Source: a virus
Lineage: Duplodnaviria; Caudoviricetes
IMG/VR virus record: IMGVR_UViG_3300012971_000043
Span: 1 to 36,057 of that record
DNA length: 36,057 nt
Strand: one strand, 5' to 3'
Shown here one piece after another: positions 8,942 through 16,841 of this stretch; the first letter of the stretch is position 1, and the number at the start of each line of letters is the position of its first letter. The notes beneath the pieces are model-generated. The model saw only the letters and a list, made by a program, of their open reading frames with translations, was not told the DNA's origin and made no database searches. The translations under genes were made by a program, and so were the position numbers.

Positions 8942-9105
8942 ACAATCTCAATCTTCGAGAAGCGCGTCGCATCGTCGAGCGCAGAATGATCATGCAAGCG
9001 CTCAAACGATACTACGGCAACGTCACCTATGCAGCGCTCGATCTCGGCATCAGTCGTCCGGCACTTTACGATCTGATGCGCAAGCTGAACATTCGGAATC
9101 GATGA
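8938..9105 (+). CDS. Stand-alone Fis-type HTH protein (55 aa)
   Basis: Not in the track. MNNLNLREARRIVERRMIMQALKRYYGNVTYAALDLGISRPALYDLMRKLNIRNR; ATGA overlaps at both ends. Confidence 0.85.
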   Translation: MNNLNLREARRIVERRMIMQALKRYYGNVTYAALDLGISRPALYDLMRKLNIRNR

Positions 9106-9371
9106 ATGAACCGCCACCGGAAATTCTAAAAGCTGCCGATCGGATTCATCAGTGGGCGGTCGTCAACGGTCACAAGCACTGGAGAATCGGCGCAGTCGCG
9201 AGTCGAAAATATTGCGAGCGGTTGATGGGCGAACTGCACAAAGCGCGTGCATTGCTGCACAAGTTTGCCACACGCTACGCTGGCGCCGAGCACGCACAGC
9301 TCGACAAGGCACAAGCCGAGGCGCTCGTGAAAGCCATCGACAAACTACTGCGCGATGATGATCTGGGTTGA
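9102..9371 (+). CDS. Hypothetical protein
   Basis: 89 aa, coupled to the upstream gene. Confidence 0.65.
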   Translation: MNEPPPEILKAADRIHQWAVVNGHKHWRIGAVASRKYCERLMGELHKARALLHKFATRYAGAEHAQLDKAQAEALVKAIDKLLRDDDLG

Positions 9372-9633
9372 GACACGTCTGATCGAACCGCCTGAGCACA
9401 CTGTCAGCGGACGCTTCGGCGGCAGCGTGATGTTCGTCGGTTATTTCAAATGGCTCAACGAATGGCGCTGGCTGCAACCGGGCGGCATCGAAGAGCGAAT
9501 CGCAGAGCCCGAGATGATTTTCGTCGACGAAGAATGGGTGCGTGATCACACACTCAAACAGCCGCGAGCAATGCGTGAATCAAAGAACATTCATCGCTCC
9601 AAATCCGCGGAACAATTCCTGCTCGGGTTGTGA
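9355..9633 (+). CDS. Trp-rich hypothetical protein
   Basis: 92 aa within the operon. Confidence 0.65.
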   Translation: MMIWVETRLIEPPEHTVSGRFGGSVMFVGYFKWLNEWRWLQPGGIEERIAEPEMIFVDEEWVRDHTLKQPRAMRESKNIHRSKSAEQFLLGL

Positions 9634-9777
9634 GATCGCTCCACCGTAAGGCGGCCACGTCGTCTGCGTTCTTTCATGACGTGAAAGCCAATGTTTTTGA
9701 ACAAGCGCGATGTGAATATCTTCAGTTGTTCTCCAGTTCGGCTTGCGCTTTTTGCGTCGACGTTTGCGTCGTTTCAT
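9580..9777 (-). CDS. Possible small Arg/Lys-rich protein, antisense to the operon
   Basis: MKRRKRRRKKRKPNW... fills an otherwise empty gap and overlaps the 3' end of 9355-9633. Confidence 0.35.
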   Translation of the reverse strand: MKRRKRRRKKRKPNWRTTEDIHIALVQKHWLSRHERTQTTWPPYGGAISQPEQELFRGFGAMNVL

Positions 9778-9896
9778 CGCTGTGAACAACATGCGCACAA
9801 GTCGACTGAAAGAAAAATAGAAAAATTTCTTGCAAGCAGTGCGAACGCGAGTCGATGATGAAAATGATGTCACCGTTGAGCGCAACGCAATCTTCC

Positions 9897-9963
9897 ACTC
9901 TGCGGTCAGGTGCTGGTGTTGGAGTCGCTTCCTACGTCAGGCTCAACCGCTTGATCGCAGAGT
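9897..9963 (+). ncRNA. Candidate structured RNA (C4/CI-like antisense architecture) in the helicase leader
   Basis: 16-bp stem 9897-9912/9948-9963, inner stems 9913-9919/9934-9940 and GGAG/TTCC, 7-nt bulge GCTCAAC. The six non-Watson-Crick pairs within these helices are G-U on the plus strand. Confidence 0.6.
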
Positions 9964-9993
9964 CGAGGGTTGCAACCCTCTGAGCGCGCCGAC

Positions 9994-11667
9994 GTGTCGA
10001 TCTCAGACGACGACTTCAAAGCTCGACTTGCCGCGTCGAAGGCGAAGTTCGAAAAGCAGCAGCACAATCACACAGACGAGACTACTGCGGCCCCCCAGAC
10101 GCGAACGTCGAGCGATTCTGCGATCGTTGTGCCGACGACGTGGAGCGGCGAAAAGCCCCGCAAGCGCGGACAAAAACAGCAGACTGTCGACATTCAGAAG
10201 CTGCCGCCTCACAGTGTCGAAGCTGAGCAGGGCGTCATCTCTTCGATCATGCGCGACTGTCAGCGCGGTGGAACGAGCGTCATCGCTGAAGTCAGTCAGA
10301 TGATCAACGAAAACTATTTCTATGTGCCAGCGCACAAGACGATCTACGAGACGATGGTGTCGCTCTGGCACGCGAGTCGCCCTGTCGATCTGATCAGTCT
10401 CACTGAATATCTGCGCAACAAAAAGCTGCTCGACGCTGTAGGCGGTGCTGCATTCGTGACGCAGTTGCATGGCTACATCGAACAGCTGACGAACTTTGTT
10501 CCAACTGCTGGCAATGTTCTATTCTACGTCGAGATCGTGCGCGAGAAATTTGCGCGTCGCGAGATCATCGCTGATGCGACGCGACTCGTGCGCAGCGCTT
10601 ACGGCGTCGACTTCGATGAGTTCGCGCCTGTCGTGCAGCGATTGACGAATCGCATGGCGCACATCGGCAACGCGATCAACGGGCAATTCCCGCAGCTGCT
10701 CGAAACGTCTGATTTTTTCACGACTGACGACCCGCCGATGCCGCCGCTCGTGATTCATCACCTGCTGCATCAAGGTAGCAAAGCGCTGATCGGTGGCAAT
10801 TCAAAAGGGCGAAAGACGTTCGCGCTGATCGATGTCGCGATCTCTGTCGCATGTGGCGTTGACTGGTGGGGATTTCAATGCCGACGCGGCGCTGTGTGCT
10901 ATATCAACCTCGAAATTCAGCCGCAATTTTTCAGAGAGCGCTTCAAAAAAATCTGCGAAGTGAAGCAAGTGCAGCCTGAGCGCGGCATGTTCTACGTGTG
11001 GAACCTGCGCGGCTTTGCGAAGCCGATGCAACAGCTCGTCAAAGACCTGCTCGGCTTTCTGCAGCAGCAGCGATTCTCGCTGATCATCATCGACCCGATC
11101 TACAAGACGCTGCCGCCATTTCGTGGCAGTGAGAATGACAGCGCGATGATCACGCAGCTGCTGAACGAAGTCGAATCGATCGCAGTCGAGACGGGCGCAG
11201 CCGTGTTGTTCTGCTCGCACTTCAGCAAAGGCGATCAAGCCGACAAAGAATCGATGGACAGAATCAGCGGCAGTGGCGCGTGGGCGCGCGACCCTGATTC
11301 ACTGCTCACGATGACGCCGCATGAAGAAAGCGAATGCTTCACAGTCGACGCGACGCTGCGCAATCTCGCACCGATCTTTCCATTCGTCGTCAAATGGGAC
11401 TATCCTCTTTTTGTGCGTCAAGACGAGCTGTCGCCTGAGCGATTGAAGCGACGCGGGCCGAAGGGCGTTTCGCCTGATAAGCTGCTCGACGTGCTCAGCG
11501 AGTTCAACGGGCAAGAGCCGAAGGACGTCGTCAGAATCATGGGCGAGCAGCATGGCGTCACGCGCTCCACCGTCTATCGCATGAAAGAAAAACTCGAAGA
11601 GCGCAAACAGTTCATGACTGACGAAGAGGGCAAATGGCTGAAAAAGAAACCTGAGACAGAACAATGA
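9994..11667 (+). CDS. Replicative helicase: DnaB N-terminal domain + AAA_25/RepA-like ATPase + C-terminal HTH
   Basis: LPPHSVEAEQGVISS...AHKTIY...VDLISL...VGGAAFVTQL...PTAGN (DnaB-N); Walker A GNSKGRKT; YINLE; Walker B IIIDP; SHFSK; GSGA; GVTRSTVYR HTH. Start is GTG 9994 or TTG 9970. Confidence 0.85.
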   Translation: MSISDDDFKARLAASKAKFEKQQHNHTDETTAAPQTRTSSDSAIVVPTTWSGEKPRKRGQKQQTVDIQKLPPHSVEAEQGVISSIMRDCQRGGTSVIAEVSQMINENYFYVPAHKTIYETMVSLWHASRPVDLISLTEYLRNKKLLDAVGGAAFVTQLHGYIEQLTNFVPTAGNVLFYVEIVREKFARREIIADATRLVRSAYGVDFDEFAPVVQRLTNRMAHIGNAINGQFPQLLETSDFFTTDDPPMPPLVIHHLLHQGSKALIGGNSKGRKTFALIDVAISVACGVDWWGFQCRRGAVCYINLEIQPQFFRERFKKICEVKQVQPERGMFYVWNLRGFAKPMQQLVKDLLGFLQQQRFSLIIIDPIYKTLPPFRGSENDSAMITQLLNEVESIAVETGAAVLFCSHFSKGDQADKESMDRISGSGAWARDPDSLLTMTPHEESECFTVDATLRNLAPIFPFVVKWDYPLFVRQDELSPERLKRRGPKGVSPDKLLDVLSEFNGQEPKDVVRIMGEQHGVTRSTVYRMKEKLEERKQFMTDEEGKWLKKKPETEQ

Positions 11668-11918
11668 TCGACACATCAATGACTTACAACTTCACAGCGC
11701 TGATCGTCTCAAGTTTCATGCTCAAGAAACGTGAGACAGCGCTGGCAAATCGACTGTCTCAATTTGTTTTCAGCTGTCTCGTATTAAATCTTGAGACGCG
11801 CTTGAAGGCTGTCTCATGTTCACACACATCTCCGATGTGTTTGTGTGTGAAGACACACCCAGAACATAGAGACAGCTCATCAAAGCGCTACTCAATTTGA
11901 GACGATGAAAGTGAGACG
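11652..11918. repeat. Cluster of ten (T)GAGAC(A/G) repeats with a central inverted repeat; candidate replication origin
   Basis: Copies at 11652+, 11705-, 11732+, 11755-, 11775-, 11792+, 11810-, 11868+, 11898+, 11912+. Inverted repeat TTCACACACA (11819) / TGTGTGTGAA (11842). Confidence 0.7.
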
Positions 11919-12197
11919 ATGAAGTTCGACGAATCACAGATCAGTGAACGCAAGCGCGCAGAATGGGCGCGAGCTGAGCGCGACTACATCGCGAGCAATC
12001 CGCCAGCAGTCGGTGCGCCCGTCACGTTTCGCGGCGAGCCGATGATTTGGTTCAACAAAGACGAGATTCACGTTGATCTGTCGATCTGGGCGAACTGCTA
12101 CGACTTTCCGATCGAAGCTGAACCAAAAGAGATCGTCGCGCACATCAACAAGCTGCTCGGCGACGTGAAGATTGTTTTTGAAGGGAAACTCTTATGA
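11919..12197 (+). CDS. Hypothetical protein
   Basis: 92 aa, coupled to the next gene. Confidence 0.7.
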   Translation: MKFDESQISERKRAEWARAERDYIASNPPAVGAPVTFRGEPMIWFNKDEIHVDLSIWANCYDFPIEAEPKEIVAHINKLLGDVKIVFEGKLL

Positions 12198-13819
12198 CTG
12201 AGAAAGAACGCAAAGATCGGCACGAGTTCATGGAGGGCTACCGCAAGATGACGCTCGCGCAGCAGCACGAATTTTGGAAAGAGAAGATGGTCGCGCCCGG
12301 CAAGCGCTTCAAGATCGTGCGCGACATCTGGCTTGTGAGCGACCCGCCGCGCGCTGACAAATACAGCAGTGATGAGACGGCAATCGCGCACATTCCGAGC
12401 GGGCTGTGGTGCACGCAAAAGATGTCGTTCGACGATGTCGTGACGAAGCTCGAAACAGAGGCGCAGTTTGATGAACAGCTGCTGCAGATGATGCAGAAAA
12501 TGGATGCAGACTACGAGAAGGGGCCGATGCACATGACTGATCAACAGATCGATCTTGAAGTGCAGCGGCAAGTTCACAAGGTGCTGTCTGGCGTGCGCGA
12601 TCAAAACAGCGAGGGTGTTGCGATGACGCACTTCCCTGACAAGGCCACGTATGACGCCTTGCACGGTGACCAGTCCTATTCGTTCGAAGATTGGCAGACC
12701 ATCAATCGTCGCGCGATCGCAGAGATCAACAAAGCTGGCTATGAGGTCAAACCACGCACGATCAACATCGAAGACTACCACAAATTCCTCGCAGAGCAGG
12801 GTGTGCCGAACTGCTCAGACGCGCGCGAGTTTTTCATCGGCAAGGTGCTCACTGAAGAGGGCGAGGAGGTAAAACATCAAGGTGTCCCGAGCGAAAACGA
12901 TCAGCGCATCGATCATCATCTGCGCTTGTTGCAAGAGAGCGAGCTGCTCAAGCGCTACTACGGGCACATGCAGCGCGGCGAGCTGAACACGCGACCAGAG
13001 CACGCGTTCGGCGCGAAGCTCTACGCATCGATGATCTGCTTCTCAGCCGCGCGCGGTCACATTCCTGTCGTCAACGGCGCGCTTCAGCAGTGGCCTAGCG
13101 AAAAGCGCAGAAAAGAAATTGCGTTTCGTCTCGGCGCTGCAGTGCATCTCAGCGAGATTTACTTGTGGGCGAGTCAGACTGAACGAATCGCTGATGAGTG
13201 TCCACTGCCTGAGCACACGGTGAGCCATCAGGTGCTGAATGACTCGGTCATGTTCTGGGTGCATGAAGGCGCGCTCAGAGACACGAACAACGGTGCTGTC
13301 TCAAGCTGGATGCTGCTACTGAATCAGCCCGATTCGAACTCGATGCTCGTCGCGACTGACTGCTTCGGCACTGACGACGACCCGACCTACAAGCTCGTCG
13401 TGATGTTGTTCGACTACGGCAAGCTGTGGCCGCGTGATTACAGCGCGCACTTCGGGCAGATTCTGAAGCGCTGCGCGTTCTTGCGCTCGCCGTATGTGAC
13501 GACTGCGCGACAGCGCTTGCCGCACCACATTCGCAGACAGATCGAGCGCGGGCAGATTCAAGCAGGCGAGAATGCGCTCGAAGATCAGATTCGAGTCGTG
13601 ATGCTGCGACGCGCGCAAGTGCGACCAGCGCAAGAGCGATCAGATCAGCCCGTCGAACCGCGCGAAGTCGAATGGCAGCATCAGTGGTGGGTCAAACGAC
13701 ACTATCGCGCGCAGTGGTATCCGAGCGAGCAAGCGCATCGCGTGATCTACATCGAAAGCTACTTGAAGGGGCCGCGCGACAAGCCTATTCTCGAAAAAAT
13801 CTACTCAGTTGTGCGGTGA
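12194..13819 (+). CDS. Large multidomain hypothetical protein with C-terminal W-V-x-x-H-x-R...KGP module
   Basis: 541 aa ending HQWWVKRHYRAQWY...YIESYLKGPRDKP. Confidence 0.8.
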   Translation: MTEKERKDRHEFMEGYRKMTLAQQHEFWKEKMVAPGKRFKIVRDIWLVSDPPRADKYSSDETAIAHIPSGLWCTQKMSFDDVVTKLETEAQFDEQLLQMMQKMDADYEKGPMHMTDQQIDLEVQRQVHKVLSGVRDQNSEGVAMTHFPDKATYDALHGDQSYSFEDWQTINRRAIAEINKAGYEVKPRTINIEDYHKFLAEQGVPNCSDAREFFIGKVLTEEGEEVKHQGVPSENDQRIDHHLRLLQESELLKRYYGHMQRGELNTRPEHAFGAKLYASMICFSAARGHIPVVNGALQQWPSEKRRKEIAFRLGAAVHLSEIYLWASQTERIADECPLPEHTVSHQVLNDSVMFWVHEGALRDTNNGAVSSWMLLLNQPDSNSMLVATDCFGTDDDPTYKLVVMLFDYGKLWPRDYSAHFGQILKRCAFLRSPYVTTARQRLPHHIRRQIERGQIQAGENALEDQIRVVMLRRAQVRPAQERSDQPVEPREVEWQHQWWVKRHYRAQWYPSEQAHRVIYIESYLKGPRDKPILEKIYSVVR

Positions 13820-13898
13820 CTCGTCTCGTTGCAATACTCGTCGGCGTAGCATTCATTCTGCTCTGGGCGCTGTTCGTCTGGTGGGCGCTCACAGTGCA

Positions 13899-14099
13899 AT
13901 GAATGTTTCTGACGGCTTGATTCTGTTTGCAGCGTGCGCGCTCAGCTTCACGCTCGGCTACATCATCGGCTGCGTGCGCGTCGCGCGATTTGTCAGCAAG
14001 CAGCTTGACAGCATCAAGGTGAACGTGCTCAACATTGAAGAACACAGCCGACAGATTCAGGCGATCTACGCGAAGCTCGGTGAGAGCAATGACAAATGA
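13899..14099 (+). CDS. Small membrane protein
   Basis: MNVSDGLILFAACALSFTLGYIIG hydrophobic N-terminus; preceded by another short hydrophobic ORF (about 13816-13902). Confidence 0.55.
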   Translation: MNVSDGLILFAACALSFTLGYIIGCVRVARFVSKQLDSIKVNVLNIEEHSRQIQAIYAKLGESNDK

Positions 14100-14269
14100 A
14101 ACTCTGCGACTACAAAGACTGCACGAACGAAGCGAAGTGGGGCATCGTCTTTGAAGAGGACGCTGCACGCGATTCGATGCTCGTGTGCGACGAGCACAAG
14201 AAAGAGATGCAGCTGCTGCACAAGGACACGCCCGACAAATCGATCATCGCAGTGTTCGAGCTGCACTGA
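14096..14269 (+). CDS. Small Cys/His protein (possible Zn finger)
   Basis: Not in the track. MKLCDYKDCTNEAKW...LVCDEHKKEM; ATGA overlap. Confidence 0.6.
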   Translation: MKLCDYKDCTNEAKWGIVFEEDAARDSMLVCDEHKKEMQLLHKDTPDKSIIAVFELH

Positions 14270-14375
14270 CCAATGAACGCGGCGACTCTGTTCTGCATCA
14301 TCGTGCTCGCGATCATCGCGGTCTTCGAGATTGCAAAGCGACGTCGGAAGTGATAAACGCTGCGCAAGATGCGCG

Positions 14376-14441
14376 GTCACGCCGCTCGAAAATTCGTTGA
14401 GTTAAGGCAGCGAGCTTCCGTGCCGGATAGGGCGGCGTGAC
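14376..14441 (+). ncRNA. Candidate three-way-junction RNA or terminator
   Basis: GTCACGCCGCTC/GGGCGGCGTGAC closing stem enclosing TTCGTTG/CAGCGAG and TCCG/CGGA hairpins, followed by ACTTTT. Confidence 0.4.
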
Positions 14442-14497
14442 ACTTTTCGCGAAAAAGTTTCTTGACTACTGGTAGAAGATTCTGCGAATATCGCGCA

Positions 14498-14647
14498 TTG
14501 AAAATCACGGTCACTGTTGAAGTCGATGAAGCGCAGGTGTCGCAAGAGCTTGAAAAAGCAGAGAAGGAACTAGCGGCGGCGATTCAACGCGTCGACGACA
14601 AGGTAGCCGACCAACGCAACGAAATTAAAATGGAGGTCACATCATGA
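14498..14647 (+). CDS. Small coiled-coil protein
   Basis: Probable TTG start 6 nt after TTGACT-N18-GAATAT; MKITVTVEVDEAQVSQELEKAE. Confidence 0.55.
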   Translation: MKITVTVEVDEAQVSQELEKAEKELAAAIQRVDDKVADQRNEIKMEVTS

Positions 14648-14913
14648 CGGATGCAGAAATGGTTGTAGAGATTCAGAACCTGACAGCGCAGGTTGAGAAG
14701 ATCGGCGGTGAGACCGATGCACTCAAAGCCGAGATCGCGACGCTCAATCAGAAAGTCGCTGATCTTGAAGCAGCACTCGCAGCGAGCGGCAATGTCGCGC
14801 CTGAAGTGCAGACAGCATTCGACGCGCTGAAAGCGCAAGTCGCAGTCGTCGACGGCAAGGTCACAGACATCACGCCGCTCGGCAAAAAGGCAGCGCCGCC
14901 CGAGAAGACATGA
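14644..14913 (+). CDS. Coiled-coil hypothetical protein
   Basis: GGAGG RBS, long heptad pattern. Confidence 0.8.
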   Translation: MTDAEMVVEIQNLTAQVEKIGGETDALKAEIATLNQKVADLEAALAASGNVAPEVQTAFDALKAQVAVVDGKVTDITPLGKKAAPPEKT

Positions 14914-15062
14914 ACGACGATTTCGCAAAGCAACATCTCAAACTTCAGCGTCAGCACACGCGCGATCTCTGCGTCGCATTCAGCTCGATCATTCTCGGCG
15001 TGCTGCTGACGGGCGGGGGTATCGGCTGGGTTCTCTGGCACGCGCTCTCGCACGCGCATTGA
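14910..15062 (+). CDS. Small membrane protein
   Basis: MNDDFAKQHLKLQRQHTRDLCVAFSSIILGVLLTGGGIGWVLWHALSHAH; last gene before the strands converge. Confidence 0.5.
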   Translation: MNDDFAKQHLKLQRQHTRDLCVAFSSIILGVLLTGGGIGWVLWHALSHAH

Positions 15063-15110
15063 GCGCTGAGCGCTCTCTCGTGCGCGGGGAGTGTCAGCAG
15101 TCAGCTCGAC

Positions 15111-15365
15111 TCACTGCGGCCCTTCTGGGGGGCTTCCAGAGCGTCGAATCACGCCGAATTTGATGACTCCGAGTCGAACCAGCTCATCTGCGCAGCTGAA
15201 GTGAAAGCGCGCGATGTCGACAGAACCTTTCCCAGAGCGCTCTGAGCGCGGGCGAAAGAGCATCAGCGGCACTTCGTCTTCAGCGATCGTCTTCAAACAC
15301 AGCGAGCAGGTGTCGTCGCCGATGATCTCGTTGTCGTCGTCTGTGAACCAAGTGAACGCGCTCAC
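15111..15365 (-). CDS. Small Zn-finger-like protein
   Basis: CSLC...HFSC. Confidence 0.6.
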   Translation of the reverse strand: MSAFTWFTDDDNEIIGDDTCSLCLKTIAEDEVPLMLFRPRSERSGKGSVDIARFHFSCADELVRLGVIKFGVIRRSGSPPEGPQ

Positions 15366-15616
15366 TGCGTCTCGTGATTGTCTTCGTGCCCGAAGTGTTC
15401 GTCAGCGCACTGCTCGCAGAACCAGAGGCCGCAGTGCCAGCAGCGAAACATCAGCTCGATCGATCGCGCTCGACCGCAGCTGCACTCGATGACTGCTGAA
15501 TGCGGATGCTGCGCTTGCTCCCATTGCTTTGTGAGCAGCGATGCTTCGTGACGATAAGCGGCTTCCCTGCCGGTTGCTCTGCCGATGTAGTGATCAATCT
15601 TTCCGCTGTTTGCCAT
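15362..15616 (-). CDS. Small Cys-rich Zn-finger protein
   Basis: CSC...CWHC...FCEQCADEH. Confidence 0.7.
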   Translation of the reverse strand: MANSGKIDHYIGRATGREAAYRHEASLLTKQWEQAQHPHSAVIECSCGRARSIELMFRCWHCGLWFCEQCADEHFGHEDNHETQ

Positions 15617-15674
15617 TTTAGTTGTTTCTAATCAGTCGAGAGTGTCGCGCGTTGTGCGCGTTTCGAGTGATCGC

Positions 15675-15762
15675 TGAAGACGAGGGCGAGTGTTCAATGA
15701 AAGCGTGAATCGTCGCTTCGTGCGCGGTTCTCCCACGCCTCTATTTCTCGTCCTCGTCTTCA
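15675..15762. other. Long intergenic inverted repeat / hairpin
   Basis: TGAAGACGAGGGCGAG (15675-15690) versus CTCGTCCTCGTCTTCA (15747-15762), 15/16 complementary, with further internal pairing. Confidence 0.65.
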
Positions 15763-15981
15763 AAAATCAATATCATCTTCGAGCAGCACGCCTTTGATGC
15801 GCAGTTCAGCGCGCAGCTTCGTCGCACGCATTCGCAAGCGCTTCAAGTAGGTCTCGTCCTTGCCCGTTTCATGCCACCATTTCATGAGCGCATTCGTCAT
15901 CTCATAGCGATCGAGAGTTTTCTCGATGCTGCGCTTCGAGCGCTTGCGCTCAGCATTCGTGTTTTTGGGCGTCGCAGTCAT
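15760..15981 (-). CDS. Hypothetical basic protein
   Basis: 73-aa ORF in the minus-strand array. Confidence 0.6.
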   Translation of the reverse strand: MTATPKNTNAERKRSKRSIEKTLDRYEMTNALMKWWHETGKDETYLKRLRMRATKLRAELRIKGVLLEDDIDF

Positions 15982-16177
15982 CTTGCATGTAGATTCGCGG
16001 CGAGTTGAATCGCTGCAAATAGACGGCGAGCAAAGGCACGCGTCGCACGAGCAGCTTTCGTCGTCGTCGAAAGATCAGGCTGAAGAGTTTCATGGGAGCT
16101 TCGCGCATTGCACGATGAACATGACCAAGAACGCTGCGAGCAGAGGGAAACAAAGCAGCGCAATCTTGCGCCAGCGC

Positions 16178-16360
16178 TCACGACTGAGCAACATTTTTTC
16201 GAGTTCGTTCATTGCGTGTCTTTCGTCCAAGCTCGAACGCTTCAACGATCGCGCAGATCAGCTGCGCGTTGTGCGCGTCAGCGAGCTGCTTTGTGATTCC
16301 GTTCGCGCGCTTCCAGCGGTAGCCTTGCAGCAGTGCATTCAGTTTTTCGTTCATGATCAT
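16178..16360 (-). CDS. Hypothetical protein
   Basis: 60 aa, tightly packed. Confidence 0.55.
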   Translation of the reverse strand: MIMNEKLNALLQGYRWKRANGITKQLADAHNAQLICAIVEAFELGRKTRNERTRKNVAQS

Positions 16361-16363
16361 GAT

Positions 16364-16651
16364 TTACAATGCTGCGCGATACGCAGCGCGTCTGTTGAGC
16401 CAAGTCTCCATCTGCACTTTCACGTCATCAGCGCCGCCGAAGTAGTAGCGCGGGAAGCCGTCTTGCTCATCGAGATCGCCGTTGTGACACTCGACGAAGA
16501 TCAGCCAATCGCCGCGATCGCAGTAATGAGGGCGCGGCACGATGTGAATCTCGTAGTCGCCTTGACCGCGCTGCGTCAAGATTGGCGCAGTCAGCACCCA
16601 CTCGCGAAACGAGCTGAACTGCCAGTCAAGCTGTGGGTGCGTCTGCGTCAT
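16364..16651 (-). CDS. Hypothetical protein
   Basis: 95 aa, GGAGG RBS; PRPHYCDRG...DGFPRYYF. Confidence 0.75.
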   Translation of the reverse strand: MTQTHPQLDWQFSSFREWVLTAPILTQRGQGDYEIHIVPRPHYCDRGDWLIFVECHNGDLDEQDGFPRYYFGGADDVKVQMETWLNRRAAYRAAL

Positions 16652-16652
16652 C

Positions 16653-16841
16653 TTATTCGGGCCTCCCTTCGATCGGTCTGATTCTGATCAGTCGCGGCGG
16701 TCGCTTGCTGAAGCGCACTTGCAAGCCGCGCTTCTCGCGAGCGTCGATATATTTCTGCTCATCTTCATCGCTCATCGCTTCGCGAGACCAGCCGTCGATG
16801 TAGGGGTGCGTGCGCACGCTAGGATGGCGCAAGCGACTCAT
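16653..16841 (-). CDS. Hypothetical protein
   Basis: 62 aa, GGAGG RBS. Confidence 0.6.
   Translation of the reverse strand: MSRLRHPSVRTHPYIDGWSREAMSDEDEQKYIDAREKRGLQVRFSKRPPRLIRIRPIEGRPE

Noticed and set aside
9961-9992. tRNA or tmRNA 3' end (GAGGGTTGCAACCCTC...GCCGA resembles a T-arm)
   Set aside because: The loop lacks TTCRA, there is no matching acceptor 5' strand or D/anticodon arms, and no CCA. Kept only as part of the leader RNA.
11652-11918. CRISPR array, or the 78-aa ORF 11664-11900 as a real gene
   Set aside because: Repeats are only 6-7 bp, in mixed orientation and irregularly spaced. The ORF's ET/VS content simply mirrors the repeats.
14376-14441. Hammerhead ribozyme or c-di-GMP/purine riboswitch
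   Set aside because: The required conserved cores (for example CUGANGA with GAAA) are not present on either strand.
13816-15062. Lysis cassette (holin/spanin) from the small membrane ORFs
   Set aside because: No endolysin or lipobox is recognisable; hydrophobic segments alone are insufficient.
15950-16181. Gene call between 15981 and 16178
   Set aside because: Two overlapping minus-strand frames are about equally plausible and neither has a motif; left uncalled.
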